A program made the translations under genes and the position numbers. A stretch of 64,000 nt of DNA, from IMG/VR virus record IMGVR_UViG_3300023218_000040, positions 32,001 to 96,000 of that record; one strand, given 5' to 3'. Shown piece by piece: positions 35,786 to 44,729 of the stretch (positions within the stretch are counted from its first letter, which is position 1; every line of letters starts with the position of its first letter). This DNA is from a virus. Lineage: Duplodnaviria > Caudoviricetes. Below the pieces are notes generated by a model. The model was not told where the DNA came from. It saw only the letters and a list, made by a program, of their open reading frames with translations, and searched no databases.

Positions 35786-38193
35786 GGCGAAACGTCCACA
35801 GCGGTCTCAAACGCCTGAACTTCGCTATCGAGAGATGGAACCTTACGTTGGACCGGGGACGGACCAGTGACATCTCCCACACGAGACAGAGCACCAGCCT
35901 GTCCGATGATGTCACGAATCTGCGTGCTGATATCATTAGCGGTCGTTAGAATTGCTTCAATTGCCGTTAGCTTTTCTACTTGGGTACTCAAATGTGCCAT
36001 GGCAGGATCATTTGCTGGTGTCGGAGTTCTCCTAGCGGTAGCATCACCCGCTCGCTTTCTTTCCTCTGCTCGGGCTTTGATTTGGGCTACCTCGGCATCA
36101 ATCCTTCTTTGTGTTTCCGGGTCAGTAGTATCAGCACCAAACAGATTAGCCAATGCAGTTCCGATTGTACCTTCTCCTGGTACTACCATATCATTAATGG
36201 CTTTATCTGCTCCTGTTATTCTTGTCAATTCAAATCCAAGTAGACCAGCACCAGCTACACTACCAGCGGCACCCAGTGCTCCACGTCCAGCGATGCCAGC
36301 GGCTCCACGTGTTGCAGCAGATCCAGAACCACGGAAAATGCTACTCACAGCACCAGTGCCACGCCTAGCCAATCCACTGATACCACTAAGGATTCTAGAA
36401 ATTCCGCCGCCACCAACCAAAGCTATGGTGTTGGCTATGATCGCAGCGGTGTTGGCTGTCAGAGCCCTAACCAACCCAACTTCATCTCCAGGAAAGAACT
36501 GATTGAATAGGTCTTTAGCGGTCTCAAATAATGACTTCGCTGTATCATCATCTGGTGGGGGAGTTGGAGTATCATCTAATCTTGTGATTCTTGACAAACC
36601 CCCGATAAGTCTAGAAACATCGGTTTTGAAAAAATCTCGTATTTTTACAATTGGTCCCAATTCATCCGTTCTCTGTTTTGCAACTTCTTGCATAGTCTGA
36701 GTCAGATTTTCAAATCTACGGTTAAACTCTTGTGGACCAAGTTCGTCACGCTGATTTATTAGATTTGATAGCTCCCGAAGTTGAGGTTGCAAACCTAACT
36801 TTAAGATATCTTCAAATTCATTTGGAAAGTTGATAGCAAATGCACTCATGTCATTGCCAGATTGTGCTAACTGGTTAATCAAAAGCTTTAGCTCTGGGCT
36901 TCCTGCTGCTTCTGCCCTGGTCTGCAAGTTTTCAAATGCTCTTTTTTGTTCATTATTAAGAACGCTTATAGCTTCCAAGTTCGCAAGTTGTTTTCTATCT
37001 TCTTCTGTCATCTTGCGTAACTGTTCTAAAGACAATCCACTGTCTCTGGCAATTTTGGATAAGAACGTGTTCTGATCTATGAATCTCTTAGTAAGCTCTG
37101 ACGTTGAAATCTCCCCTTGAATACCGGCACGCTTCTGGACTTCCAGGAGTTCCAAAATAGCAACGTTGGCTTCTTCGTCGCTCATGAAACGACGGAAGTT
37201 GAACTCCTCATTGATCTGGTTACGTGTGTCACGCAGGAATTTCGCAGCATCTTCGATATTCTTACTACCTTCCAAAAGAAACTGAGTACCACGTCCCTCG
37301 GCAGCCTGACCCACAATGAATTGACCTGTACGTCGGATACTGTCACGTAAGCTTTCCATGTCATCGGTTGCAAACGCACCTACAACACGACCAAGTTGCT
37401 TGAAGGAGTCTATAATGATATCAGAGGTATCGGCAATTCCAGTTTGGGCGATGTCAAATGTGTCAGCCACACTTCTACTGATCCGCCCAAAGTTTCTCAT
37501 GATGTCTCTAACGTCGGTAAGTTCTGCACCGAACGATTGAACAGACAACCACACCGAGTTCATTATCTGTTCTCTTTGTGCGGAAAAACCAGATGAAATT
37601 AATTGTGATGCTTTTTCAAAAGCTGGAATGCTTTCATTATTTATGATACTATTGAAATCCCTCAGATTATCAGTTGTTTCCAATACTTCTGATATACTAC
37701 GTCCTTGGGCATCAATTTGGTTTTCACCTTGTGCTGAGCTAATTCGTTGTTGTTCAGCAGCGACGATCATGGCATCTGTTATTTGTTGCAGACCATTATT
37801 GAAGGTTTCTATTATGCCCTTAAGCTCCTCCTCTACGGTTTTCATTTCCTGGATGACATCATTAGTTCCACTACCACCAGTTCTACCGCCGCTACCAGAT
37901 CCACCGGTGCGCTCTATAGCCTTGGTAATAGCAGCCCTATTTTCTTGAAGAGTCTTCTTGAGAACAGCCTTGCTAGCACGAATTTCATCACGCAGTGTCT
38001 TTGCCATATCACCGGATGATGCCTCAATGCAATCACATATTTCACGTAGGAGGTCGGTTTGGAGTTCTTTAATCTCGCCGGTATTGACATCCATGCGAGT
38101 AACCTTGACGTTCGAGACATTAGCCTCGTCCATGTTTAAGGGGCGACGACTTTGCGTCGTGCCTTCGCTCACTGGTGGATTGTCATCAGCCAT
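35782..38193 (-). CDS. Tape-measure-like tail protein
   Basis: 803 aa, helical Ala/Gln/Glu-rich with Gly/Ala-rich hydrophobic stretch; late promoter; downstream of the tail chaperone gene. Confidence 0.7.
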   Translation of the reverse strand: MADDNPPVSEGTTQSRRPLNMDEANVSNVKVTRMDVNTGEIKELQTDLLREICDCIEASSGDMAKTLRDEIRASKAVLKKTLQENRAAITKAIERTGGSGSGGRTGGSGTNDVIQEMKTVEEELKGIIETFNNGLQQITDAMIVAAEQQRISSAQGENQIDAQGRSISEVLETTDNLRDFNSIINNESIPAFEKASQLISSGFSAQREQIMNSVWLSVQSFGAELTDVRDIMRNFGRISRSVADTFDIAQTGIADTSDIIIDSFKQLGRVVGAFATDDMESLRDSIRRTGQFIVGQAAEGRGTQFLLEGSKNIEDAAKFLRDTRNQINEEFNFRRFMSDEEANVAILELLEVQKRAGIQGEISTSELTKRFIDQNTFLSKIARDSGLSLEQLRKMTEEDRKQLANLEAISVLNNEQKRAFENLQTRAEAAGSPELKLLINQLAQSGNDMSAFAINFPNEFEDILKLGLQPQLRELSNLINQRDELGPQEFNRRFENLTQTMQEVAKQRTDELGPIVKIRDFFKTDVSRLIGGLSRITRLDDTPTPPPDDDTAKSLFETAKDLFNQFFPGDEVGLVRALTANTAAIIANTIALVGGGGISRILSGISGLARRGTGAVSSIFRGSGSAATRGAAGIAGRGALGAAGSVAGAGLLGFELTRITGADKAINDMVVPGEGTIGTALANLFGADTTDPETQRRIDAEVAQIKARAEERKRAGDATARRTPTPANDPAMAHLSTQVEKLTAIEAILTTANDISTQIRDIIGQAGALSRVGDVTGPSPVQRKVPSLDSEVQAFETAVDVSP

Positions 38194-38218
38194 CTACGAT
38201 ACTCCAAGAGAATTGGAG

Positions 38219-38224
38219 TATTTA
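38219..38224 (-). promoter_or_regulatory. Putative late promoter TAAATA
   Basis: 26 nt upstream of ATG 38193. Confidence 0.6.
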
Positions 38225-38249
38225 CAACTACCAAGTGGCTACATCTGTA

Positions 38250-38639
38250 TTAAAGACGGGGCAAATTGGCTATATCTCGGTCGTGATTTAGGTCCAAAGC
38301 CTCCTTAACAGCGAACCACATGCGATCACACTCGCTATTGGACAACCGTTTTATTGCATTCTCTATATTCATACCATAGTCCGATCTCAGATCATAATGT
38401 CTGCACATGTCAATAAATTTTTGTAGAGCCTCTTGGTCCTTTACCTCTTCTTTTACAAGCTCACAACGCTCGACAAGTTTACGTATAGTTATTCTATTAT
38501 AGACACCATGTATCGTAAACAGAAGATGAGCACGTGAAGATTTGATGCCCAGCATTGGTAACGCAACACCCAATACGATGAGAACCACCGCAACAGCGCC
38601 GGAACCAAAAATCAAATAGATTATAGTTGACTCATTCAT
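38250..38639 (-). CDS. Membrane-anchored hypothetical protein
   Basis: N-terminal TM segment IIYLIFGSGAVAVVLIVLGVALPML; own sigma70 promoter. Confidence 0.65.
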   Translation of the reverse strand: MNESTIIYLIFGSGAVAVVLIVLGVALPMLGIKSSRAHLLFTIHGVYNRITIRKLVERCELVKEEVKDQEALQKFIDMCRHYDLRSDYGMNIENAIKRLSNSECDRMWFAVKEALDLNHDRDIANLPRL

Positions 38640-38645
38640 GCTGAT

Positions 38646-38674
38646 ATTTTATCAATAAAAATCGGCATTGTCAA
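38646..38674 (-). promoter_or_regulatory. Sigma70-type promoter, probably leaderless transcript
   Basis: TTGACA-N17-TAAAAT ending 7 nt before ATG 38639. Confidence 0.7.
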
Positions 38675-38943
38675 CCCCCAATTAGATCACGCCCCGAGCC
38701 CTTCTTAGCGTCTTTATGGGCTCTCTTTATTGCAGCTTCCTGCTCTTTGTTATACTCCTCCAATGCCTCGTATAACAACTCTACTTCCCTTGGGGATGCT
38801 TGCTTGATGTCGTCATATTGGACCGCTCCTTCATACGCTTTACAGATCTTGGCGAGGTTCTTGATGGTCTTCTCCCGGTTTTCTCTTTCATCTTCGATGT
38901 ATCTGATGAAATCATCTCCGGAGTTGAAGCTTCTGGAGAGTAA
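38671..38943 (-). CDS. Start-less -1 frame ORF (90 aa), predicted frameshift extension of the tail chaperone
   Basis: LLSRSFNSGDDFIRYIEDERENREKTIKNLAKICKAYEGAVQYDDIKQASPREVELLYEALEEYNKEQ...; no ATG/GTG; begins at a U9 run. Confidence 0.7.
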   Translation of the reverse strand, partial: LLSRSFNSGDDFIRYIEDERENREKTIKNLAKICKAYEGAVQYDDIKQASPREVELLYEALEEYNKEQEAAIKRAHKDAKKGSGRDLIGG

Positions 38944-39872
38944 AAAAAAATCTTCTGTGGGTCTACCTCGAACGAAGCCGTGTTTTCATGACCGCAATTG
39001 ATACATGTGTACTTGATCTTGGTTAGGTCATTCAGCTTTTCGTTGTATGCCTTGGCTTTCCTCTGCATGTGGTCTACGATAGTGGGTGGTACCATCTCCA
39101 GCCACTCGGCTATGAAGGACTCATCGAATACCTTTTCACCCTTAGCATTGGCAACATAGAAGATACTACCTAGCGTCAGCACGAATCGAGTTTCTGAAGT
39201 GTTCTCGATCATTCGCTCATAGGCATCCATCATGCTCTCATCTTCGATGAGCTTGGTAATGCTTTCTTTCTCGATGCTCTCATATACACGATTCATTGAG
39301 ACCGAGTTCTTGAGTATGGTTAATGCGGACTTGTAGCACAGAGGCTTCATATGAACCTGTTGGCCACGAATTTCCGGAAGGATCAATAACAACGATTCCA
39401 TGTCTTCCAGTGGAGCATAACGCTGGATGTGATGGTTCAAGTCTATATCCAGCTTGTTCTTGTGATTGCATACGGCAACCTTCACCTTCTTCCCGTCATC
39501 ACCATCGACTTCCTCGGTATTTGGGTTCTCACACACGTGAGTCAATTCCATGTGACTACCATAGGATGCAAGACGACAAGCAATCATTATTGCCTGAATA
39601 TCAACTTCACACATCTCTTCGGGTTTGAGAATAGAAGGACAGATATTACGTAGAATCTTGGGCACCCCACGACCAGATGCCAGAACGAATGGATCTTTGG
39701 CAACCAGTTCCGCCATGATACCCAAAGGCTTTACTTCTAGATCGGCAGGATCAGCATCCTCTGCAATGATACCGGAACCCTTGGGATAGAAATACCCCAT
39801 GGTTGGCAATGCGATACTGACCGATGTGATATCACCAGAGTTGAGGTCTTCAAGAAGCGGATTGTTGCTCAT
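38781..39872 (-). CDS. Baseplate hub / tail assembly chaperone, gp26-like
   Basis: IALPTMGYFYP, EMCEVDIQAIMIACRLASYG, CxxC pair (CINCGHEN), DPQKIFF. Confidence 0.8.
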   Translation of the reverse strand: MSNNPLLEDLNSGDITSVSIALPTMGYFYPKGSGIIAEDADPADLEVKPLGIMAELVAKDPFVLASGRGVPKILRNICPSILKPEEMCEVDIQAIMIACRLASYGSHMELTHVCENPNTEEVDGDDGKKVKVAVCNHKNKLDIDLNHHIQRYAPLEDMESLLLILPEIRGQQVHMKPLCYKSALTILKNSVSMNRVYESIEKESITKLIEDESMMDAYERMIENTSETRFVLTLGSIFYVANAKGEKVFDESFIAEWLEMVPPTIVDHMQRKAKAYNEKLNDLTKIKYTCINCGHENTASFEVDPQKIFFYSPEASTPEMISSDTSKMKEKTGRRPSRTSPRSVKRMKERSNMTTSSKHPQGK

Positions 39873-39903
39873 TCCTTATCTCCGTTATTAGTCAAGGTGG
39901 GGA

Positions 39904-39909
39904 TATTTA
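39904..39909 (-). promoter_or_regulatory. Putative late promoter TAAATA
   Basis: 32 nt upstream of ATG 39872. Confidence 0.6.
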
Positions 39910-40079
39910 GTGCTCCTCGAACCTCGTTTCTCAAGATAAAGCTATGGCTATCCGTTAAGAGTTTCAAGCACGAACATTACGATTTTGTAATTTCTTTGAT
40001 TCACCCCTTGACTTTCTATTTCGGAGTACCCATATGTAAAATACTTCTTGCTTATGATCGTACAACTTATATCTATTCA

Positions 40080-40127
40080 CTTCATGTATAACATTCTTCG
40101 CTAACGCTCAGAATGTTATACATGAAG
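40080..40127. repeat. Perfect 18-bp inverted repeat with 12-nt spacer
   Basis: CTTCATGTATAACATTCT-TCGCTAACGCTC-AGAATGTTATACATGAAG. Confidence 0.9.
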
Positions 40128-40156
40128 GGAAAAAGACACAAGGTTATGCGGTAGCA

Positions 40157-40215
40157 CGTTTGTCTGGCGACAAACGGTAGCTCCCGTTATTCCGTTTCGG
40201 TCTAGACCGAAACGG
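40157..40215. repeat. Two further hairpins: 8-bp stem and 24-bp perfect palindrome
   Basis: CGTTTGTC-TGGC-GACAAACG (40157-40176); CCGTTTCGGTCTAGACCGAAACGG (40192-40215). Confidence 0.9.
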
Positions 40216-40225
40216 GGGGGGAGGT

Positions 40226-40840
40226 TTAGATAGATAGGGGATCAGGGATACGGTATTGGCTTTCAGGGCGAGGCTTGTAATCTGAGACTGCTATGATAGC
40301 TTGCTCACGATCACAACCATATTCAGTCTGCTTGGAATCAACCTCGTCCCAGAATTCATCTTCTAGTTGTTTCTGTTTACCAACGAATTCATCAGTTGGT
40401 TGCTCACCAGGAAATACCTTGAATCGAGTTTTGGATTTAATGTCTGGATGGTTATCCCAGGTTTCTTTCCAAGCATTCTTGATGATCCATTCGATGTACT
40501 CAACCTTCTCTGCTACGCTATACTCAATACCATCGTTGTGAATATTGGGTGCAGTAATGTGTTTACCGTTGTTCTTGAGCTTTGGGAAAGACGGTAGGAT
40601 ATCAGTATAGCGTTCGTTGTAGTCACAGAGCTTCGCTGCTTGTTCTAACGTGAAGTCCTTACCACGGCATTTTCTCCAAAATGTCTGCTCAATGAACTTT
40701 TGAAACTCTTCACGAGTATCCAGCCAAGGCAAACAAAGCACGTCCATGTACCATTTGGCCATGGCATATTCTTCATCGGCTGTAAAGCATACGAACGAGA
40801 GCGTGCTCCCGTTCGATAGCTTCGTCTCCACTAGTTTCAT
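40226..40840 (-). CDS. Hypothetical protein
   Basis: 204 aa, ATGA-coupled to the thyX stop. Confidence 0.7.
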   Translation of the reverse strand: MKLVETKLSNGSTLSFVCFTADEEYAMAKWYMDVLCLPWLDTREEFQKFIEQTFWRKCRGKDFTLEQAAKLCDYNERYTDILPSFPKLKNNGKHITAPNIHNDGIEYSVAEKVEYIEWIIKNAWKETWDNHPDIKSKTRFKVFPGEQPTDEFVGKQKQLEDEFWDEVDSKQTEYGCDREQAIIAVSDYKPRPESQYRIPDPLSI

Positions 40841-43800
40841 AGCATGAACTTATTCAAGAACTCCGTGATCTCTCGCTGTGAGCAACCTTTATCCTTCAGT
40901 TCTTTTGAAATCGGATCCTTATCGAGTCCACGAAGCAAATCACGGACTACCTCATATTCCATTCTACTCAATTGAGATCCCTCAAGCAAGTAGTCACGAA
41001 AAGCTTCTGTTGCCCATGGCACATGGGGCTCGATCAGTTCCAGAATAGCATCAGCAAATACTCGGATTTCGTACTGAGCATGTGGATCGCAGCGTAGCTT
41101 CAGGAAGTGGAACAGGTTATGTAGGTTACCCGACCAATACATTTGGCTGTACGTGGCAACAGGCAGTACCATACGAGCTAGCTCCCTGGCAATACCTGGG
41201 AAGTCACCAGCCAATTCTGACACACCGTTCTGCTCTAGATACGCTGTAATCGCCTCAGAGACGCTTTCCTCGGTGGGATAGGGGTCTACATTGCCAGCGT
41301 CCGCAGCACGCTTCCTGGCCTCCCTGACGGCTACTACGGCTGCTTCCTTGCACCACTCGATACGGCGGCGAACACCATCGGGTGGAGGAGTCAGATCTCC
41401 ATTTTCATTTGGACCTAGAAGATGAAGGTAAGTCTGATAGCTAGTATCGAATACCTCGTCAACAGCCGCCATGACCGCATTATATTCTTGTTCAGTCAGA
41501 ACGTCACCAGAACGACCCTGGCGGTTGCTGGTGCTTTGTGGAGCTAGATGCCCCAAGTCTGGGTGGTACATCTCTCCATCGAGAACTGAGTAACGTGCGC
41601 TGTACTCGTTGATCGAGTTATGAACAATCATTCCGTTTGCTACGAAATTGTGGTTTGGTCCCTCGACGCAGATGTCATACGTATCTTCTATTCCAATCAA
41701 CTCTATTTTGATGATTTTAGATGGTCGGGCTACCATCAAGTTGCCTTTCCCCTTACCTGCTCGATGCAACAACCCATCTCCATGCTCTTGACCGTGAGCC
41801 CTTCGGTGACAGGAGACACACAATGTTACTAGGTTATCGAAATCGTATGCGTGTTCAGGGTAATCAACAACCGGCAATACATGATGCACTTGGAGTTGAT
41901 TCTTGCTTGAACACTCGTTACATCTGTAGTCGAATTTTTCATGCACTTTTGGTGCTTGTGCAGTGGTCCATGCACCTATGAGTTGGCGTTCTGGGGTGAT
42001 CCCTCCTTTCCAGAAATTGCTATTTTCACCAGAGCGAGCACGCTTAATTGCCGATATGTGATCATCAGAATGAACCAAATTTGTACTATACCCATATACA
42101 TCTTTGTTCCATGGTTTATGACCTTTTTTGAAACGATTCTCACCGTTAGAAAACTGTAGACCATGAATACGAAGCCATTTTCTGATTGTATGGTAGCTAC
42201 AGCCAGCGTTTGATGCTATTTCTTGAACTGAATAACCAAGATTTCGTTGGTTATTCATCCAATTGAAATCCTGGTGTGCCGGTATCCCATTACACATAAC
42301 ATAGGCATCTTTGGTTATACACGCACGATTGTTTGTTACTGTTAAACCAACCGCATCTTCCAACCTCTGCCAACCATCAAGCGTATAAATCTGATGGTCC
42401 TTGGAACATTTGAGAGTCTTACCGTTTTCTAATGTTATTTCGAAGACCTGTTTTGGTCCACTGTATATTACATCATTGATTGTACCAGTTGTGAATTGTT
42501 CAGCGGATTCGTCATACACTCGAAGTAACATCGAACGAATTCTAGTTCTATTGAAATCTCTCAAAGATCTTTTCTGCTTGTCCTTTCTCTTTATCGGTGG
42601 ATTTTCATTCCATTTTCTATGAAGATCTGAAAGCTTCATGTATTTTGCTGTACGAACACCGAGCTTAATATGATCTGGCAACTCGAATGTGATAACAGAA
42701 TCGCCAGACAAACAGAACGTACGGTGGCGGTGCCACTGACGAAATACGAAGATCGGAGCCTTGACGTGAAACTTGAAGTTGCACATCTCGAATGGAGTCG
42801 AATTAGATGACACAAAACCATATTTAGTATTTGCTCCACGTACCATTAAAAAACCACTAGACGTAGTGGCACAATATACACTACCGGTATATTGAGATGT
42901 TGAATGGTATTGCTTCCTACTTTCAAGACTGGTACGCCCGTTTGGAAAATATATATTGACGGTGTAACCGCTTTGGCGTTCACGACAATAATGACTATCT
43001 AAACCTAAACGTGGTGAGATAGCAGACACTATGTCTGTGAGATTTTTGGATGTAGAACTAAATGATATTTGATGTCTATCACTTTTGTGATTTCCATCGC
43101 TTTCAACCAAACCAGTTAGTAGTCCTCGTAGTTCTTCTCCAGTTAGATTACGAAGATTTTCTAGTTGGAAATGTTTGTTGTTTGTTTGTGTATCTATTTC
43201 TAAACAAACTCGTAATTCATCTGGAGTAGTAATGTAGAACCTTGTTGTATCTTTACTATCCACCGAACTGGTGTATTCCCAACCCAATCTGTGAAGTAAA
43301 GAGGTTAAAAACGAAATCTTACGTTCCTTTTTGAATCCAAAACTAATCCTATTTGGACTTGCCACGTGACCATCACCAAGGAACATACCGACGAACGTAT
43401 AGAAATCATCAATCACACCGTTATACGGATGGGTTGAGTATCCTAACATGGATTCAAACCACCCCCACTTTGGCATGTCCTTTGCCCGATATACCTTGAA
43501 ATCGTTCTGATACTTTTCCTTAAACAACATTTTGTGTTCGTCGGTTACAGAGTATGACATTCTTTCATTGGAGAATTCATACATGATTCCATCGTAATCA
43601 AAGGATTTAACTTCTAACTCCTCGACTGTGTAAGAACGGGTATCGGGGTTAGGAACAAGAAAAGTTTCGACGGAATTACATTCACACCATTTCTTCCATC
43701 CTTCAATCGTTAAAACTTCCATATCTGGATGATAGCAATGTAGGTGACGCATGAGGTATCGGATCAACCCCTTATCGGAGTTAACCTTCTTTGTACCCTT

Positions 43801-43995
43801 GCCATATGAGACACGGGCTGCGTTCACAATGGACGAGTCATCGCCCATGAAGTCCACCAGACCGACAAAGCCGGTATCTAGAACCTTCCTGTACTGTGGC
43901 TGCCAGACACGAAACGTCTCATCGTGTTCTGCGCTACGAATAACGAATTCATCATCGAAGTCGTCCGGGACTTCTACTTTCACAAATCGAGTCAT
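40837..43995 (-). CDS. thyX: Flavin-dependent thymidylate synthase with two inteins (spliced product about 374 aa)
   Basis: IVNAARVSY; after splicing RHLH|STPFEM and RHRTF|SINEYSARY (RHRx7S motif); GIARELARMVLP; NLHNLFHFLKLR...HAQYEIR. Confidence 0.95.
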   Translation of the reverse strand: MTRFVKVEVPDDFDDEFVIRSAEHDETFRVWQPQYRKVLDTGFVGLVDFMGDDSSIVNAARVSYGKGTKKVNSDKGLIRYLMRHLHCYHPDMEVLTIEGWKKWCECNSVETFLVPNPDTRSYTVEELEVKSFDYDGIMYEFSNERMSYSVTDEHKMLFKEKYQNDFKVYRAKDMPKWGWFESMLGYSTHPYNGVIDDFYTFVGMFLGDGHVASPNRISFGFKKERKISFLTSLLHRLGWEYTSSVDSKDTTRFYITTPDELRVCLEIDTQTNNKHFQLENLRNLTGEELRGLLTGLVESDGNHKSDRHQISFSSTSKNLTDIVSAISPRLGLDSHYCRERQSGYTVNIYFPNGRTSLESRKQYHSTSQYTGSVYCATTSSGFLMVRGANTKYGFVSSNSTPFEMCNFKFHVKAPIFVFRQWHRHRTFCLSGDSVITFELPDHIKLGVRTAKYMKLSDLHRKWNENPPIKRKDKQKRSLRDFNRTRIRSMLLRVYDESAEQFTTGTINDVIYSGPKQVFEITLENGKTLKCSKDHQIYTLDGWQRLEDAVGLTVTNNRACITKDAYVMCNGIPAHQDFNWMNNQRNLGYSVQEIASNAGCSYHTIRKWLRIHGLQFSNGENRFKKGHKPWNKDVYGYSTNLVHSDDHISAIKRARSGENSNFWKGGITPERQLIGAWTTAQAPKVHEKFDYRCNECSSKNQLQVHHVLPVVDYPEHAYDFDNLVTLCVSCHRRAHGQEHGDGLLHRAGKGKGNLMVARPSKIIKIELIGIEDTYDICVEGPNHNFVANGMIVHNSINEYSARYSVLDGEMYHPDLGHLAPQSTSNRQGRSGDVLTEQEYNAVMAAVDEVFDTSYQTYLHLLGPNENGDLTPPPDGVRRRIEWCKEAAVVAVREARKRAADAGNVDPYPTEESVSEAITAYLEQNGVSELAGDFPGIARELARMVLPVATYSQMYWSGNLHNLFHFLKLRCDPHAQYEIRVFADAILELIEPHVPWATEAFRDYLLEGSQLSRMEYEVVRDLLRGLDKDPISKELKDKGCSQREITEFLNKFML
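41617..42714 (-). mobile_element. Intein 2 in ThyX (366 aa, HNH-type)
   Basis: CLSGDSVI...; CSKDHQI; HTH-like segment; VHHVLP...DNLVTLCVSCH; ends IVHN|S. Confidence 0.92.
42802..43737 (-). mobile_element. Intein 1 in ThyX (312 aa, LAGLIDADG-type)
   Basis: CYHPDMEVLT...; block B TDEH; GMFLGDG and GLVESDG; ends FVSSN|S. Confidence 0.9.
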
Positions 43996-44039
43996 GGGGT
44001 TTCCTCCAGGATGGAATTACCTCATGAATATAGGTTCAG

Positions 44040-44729
44040 CTAGGCTTCTTTTCTAGACCTTGAGTACCGCTCATCCAGCCATTGGCCCACGGTTTCTCCG
44101 GTAGTCAACACCGCTTCTCGATCTGGAATAGTGAAATACACAATCGAATACTGAGTACGCCCTTCAGGATCGGCTACCACTTCATGCTCAGTGGCCTGGA
44201 ATTTTGGGTTGACTAGCTCCAGGATTTCTCCGAAGTGGATCTGCTTATTCAGTTTTTGTGCATCCATCAGGGGAATACACTCATCTAAATCATCGTTTTG
44301 AGTGTACCTGAAATTTTCAGGGATATTTCTATAGCACATCAGAGTGAACAGATCGAAGTCCACATGTGGGTGTGCGATGGCACCGGGTGGATACTCCAGG
44401 ATACGCATCGCACTCAGGCTACGAACTGGCCAAAATTCTTTAGGGATACCAAGCTCGATTGCTATATCTACAGCACGGTCGTGTGCTTTGTCCAGATATT
44501 CACTTAAAATAGTGGCTCGAACAAACGTGTCACCTTTCTTTGACGATCCGACGTGGATGCTGTTCTTACGCATTTCATTGAGATATTTGGTTGCCACATG
44601 AGCATATCGTTTCTCTGTGTCCCAATTGCCGTTACCGTTTGGAGATTCAATCATTTCGGGACGATATCCTGGGTAGTCATCCCTAAAGACGAGATCGCTC
44701 AGTACTTTATAATCGTGTACTGTAAACAT
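44040..44729 (-). CDS. 2OG-Fe(II) oxygenase, IPNS/DIOX-like
   Basis: RILEYPP...HVDFDLFTL (HxD), FGEILE...ATEHEV (distal His), QYSIVYF..P; start at TAATG overlap with the kinase stop. Confidence 0.75.
   Translation of the reverse strand: MFTVHDYKVLSDLVFRDDYPGYRPEMIESPNGNGNWDTEKRYAHVATKYLNEMRKNSIHVGSSKKGDTFVRATILSEYLDKAHDRAVDIAIELGIPKEFWPVRSLSAMRILEYPPGAIAHPHVDFDLFTLMCYRNIPENFRYTQNDDLDECIPLMDAQKLNKQIHFGEILELVNPKFQATEHEVVADPEGRTQYSIVYFTIPDREAVLTTGETVGQWLDERYSRSRKEA

Noticed and set aside
38781-38939. Zero-frame C-terminal 50-odd residues of the gp26-like ORF as a real domain
   Set aside because: Composition looks like off-frame read-through; the -1 frame is the protein-like one.
39897-40091. 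64-aa ORF in the hairpin island
   Set aside because: TTG/GTG-type start without SD, overlaps a promoter and an inverted repeat, no protein-like features.
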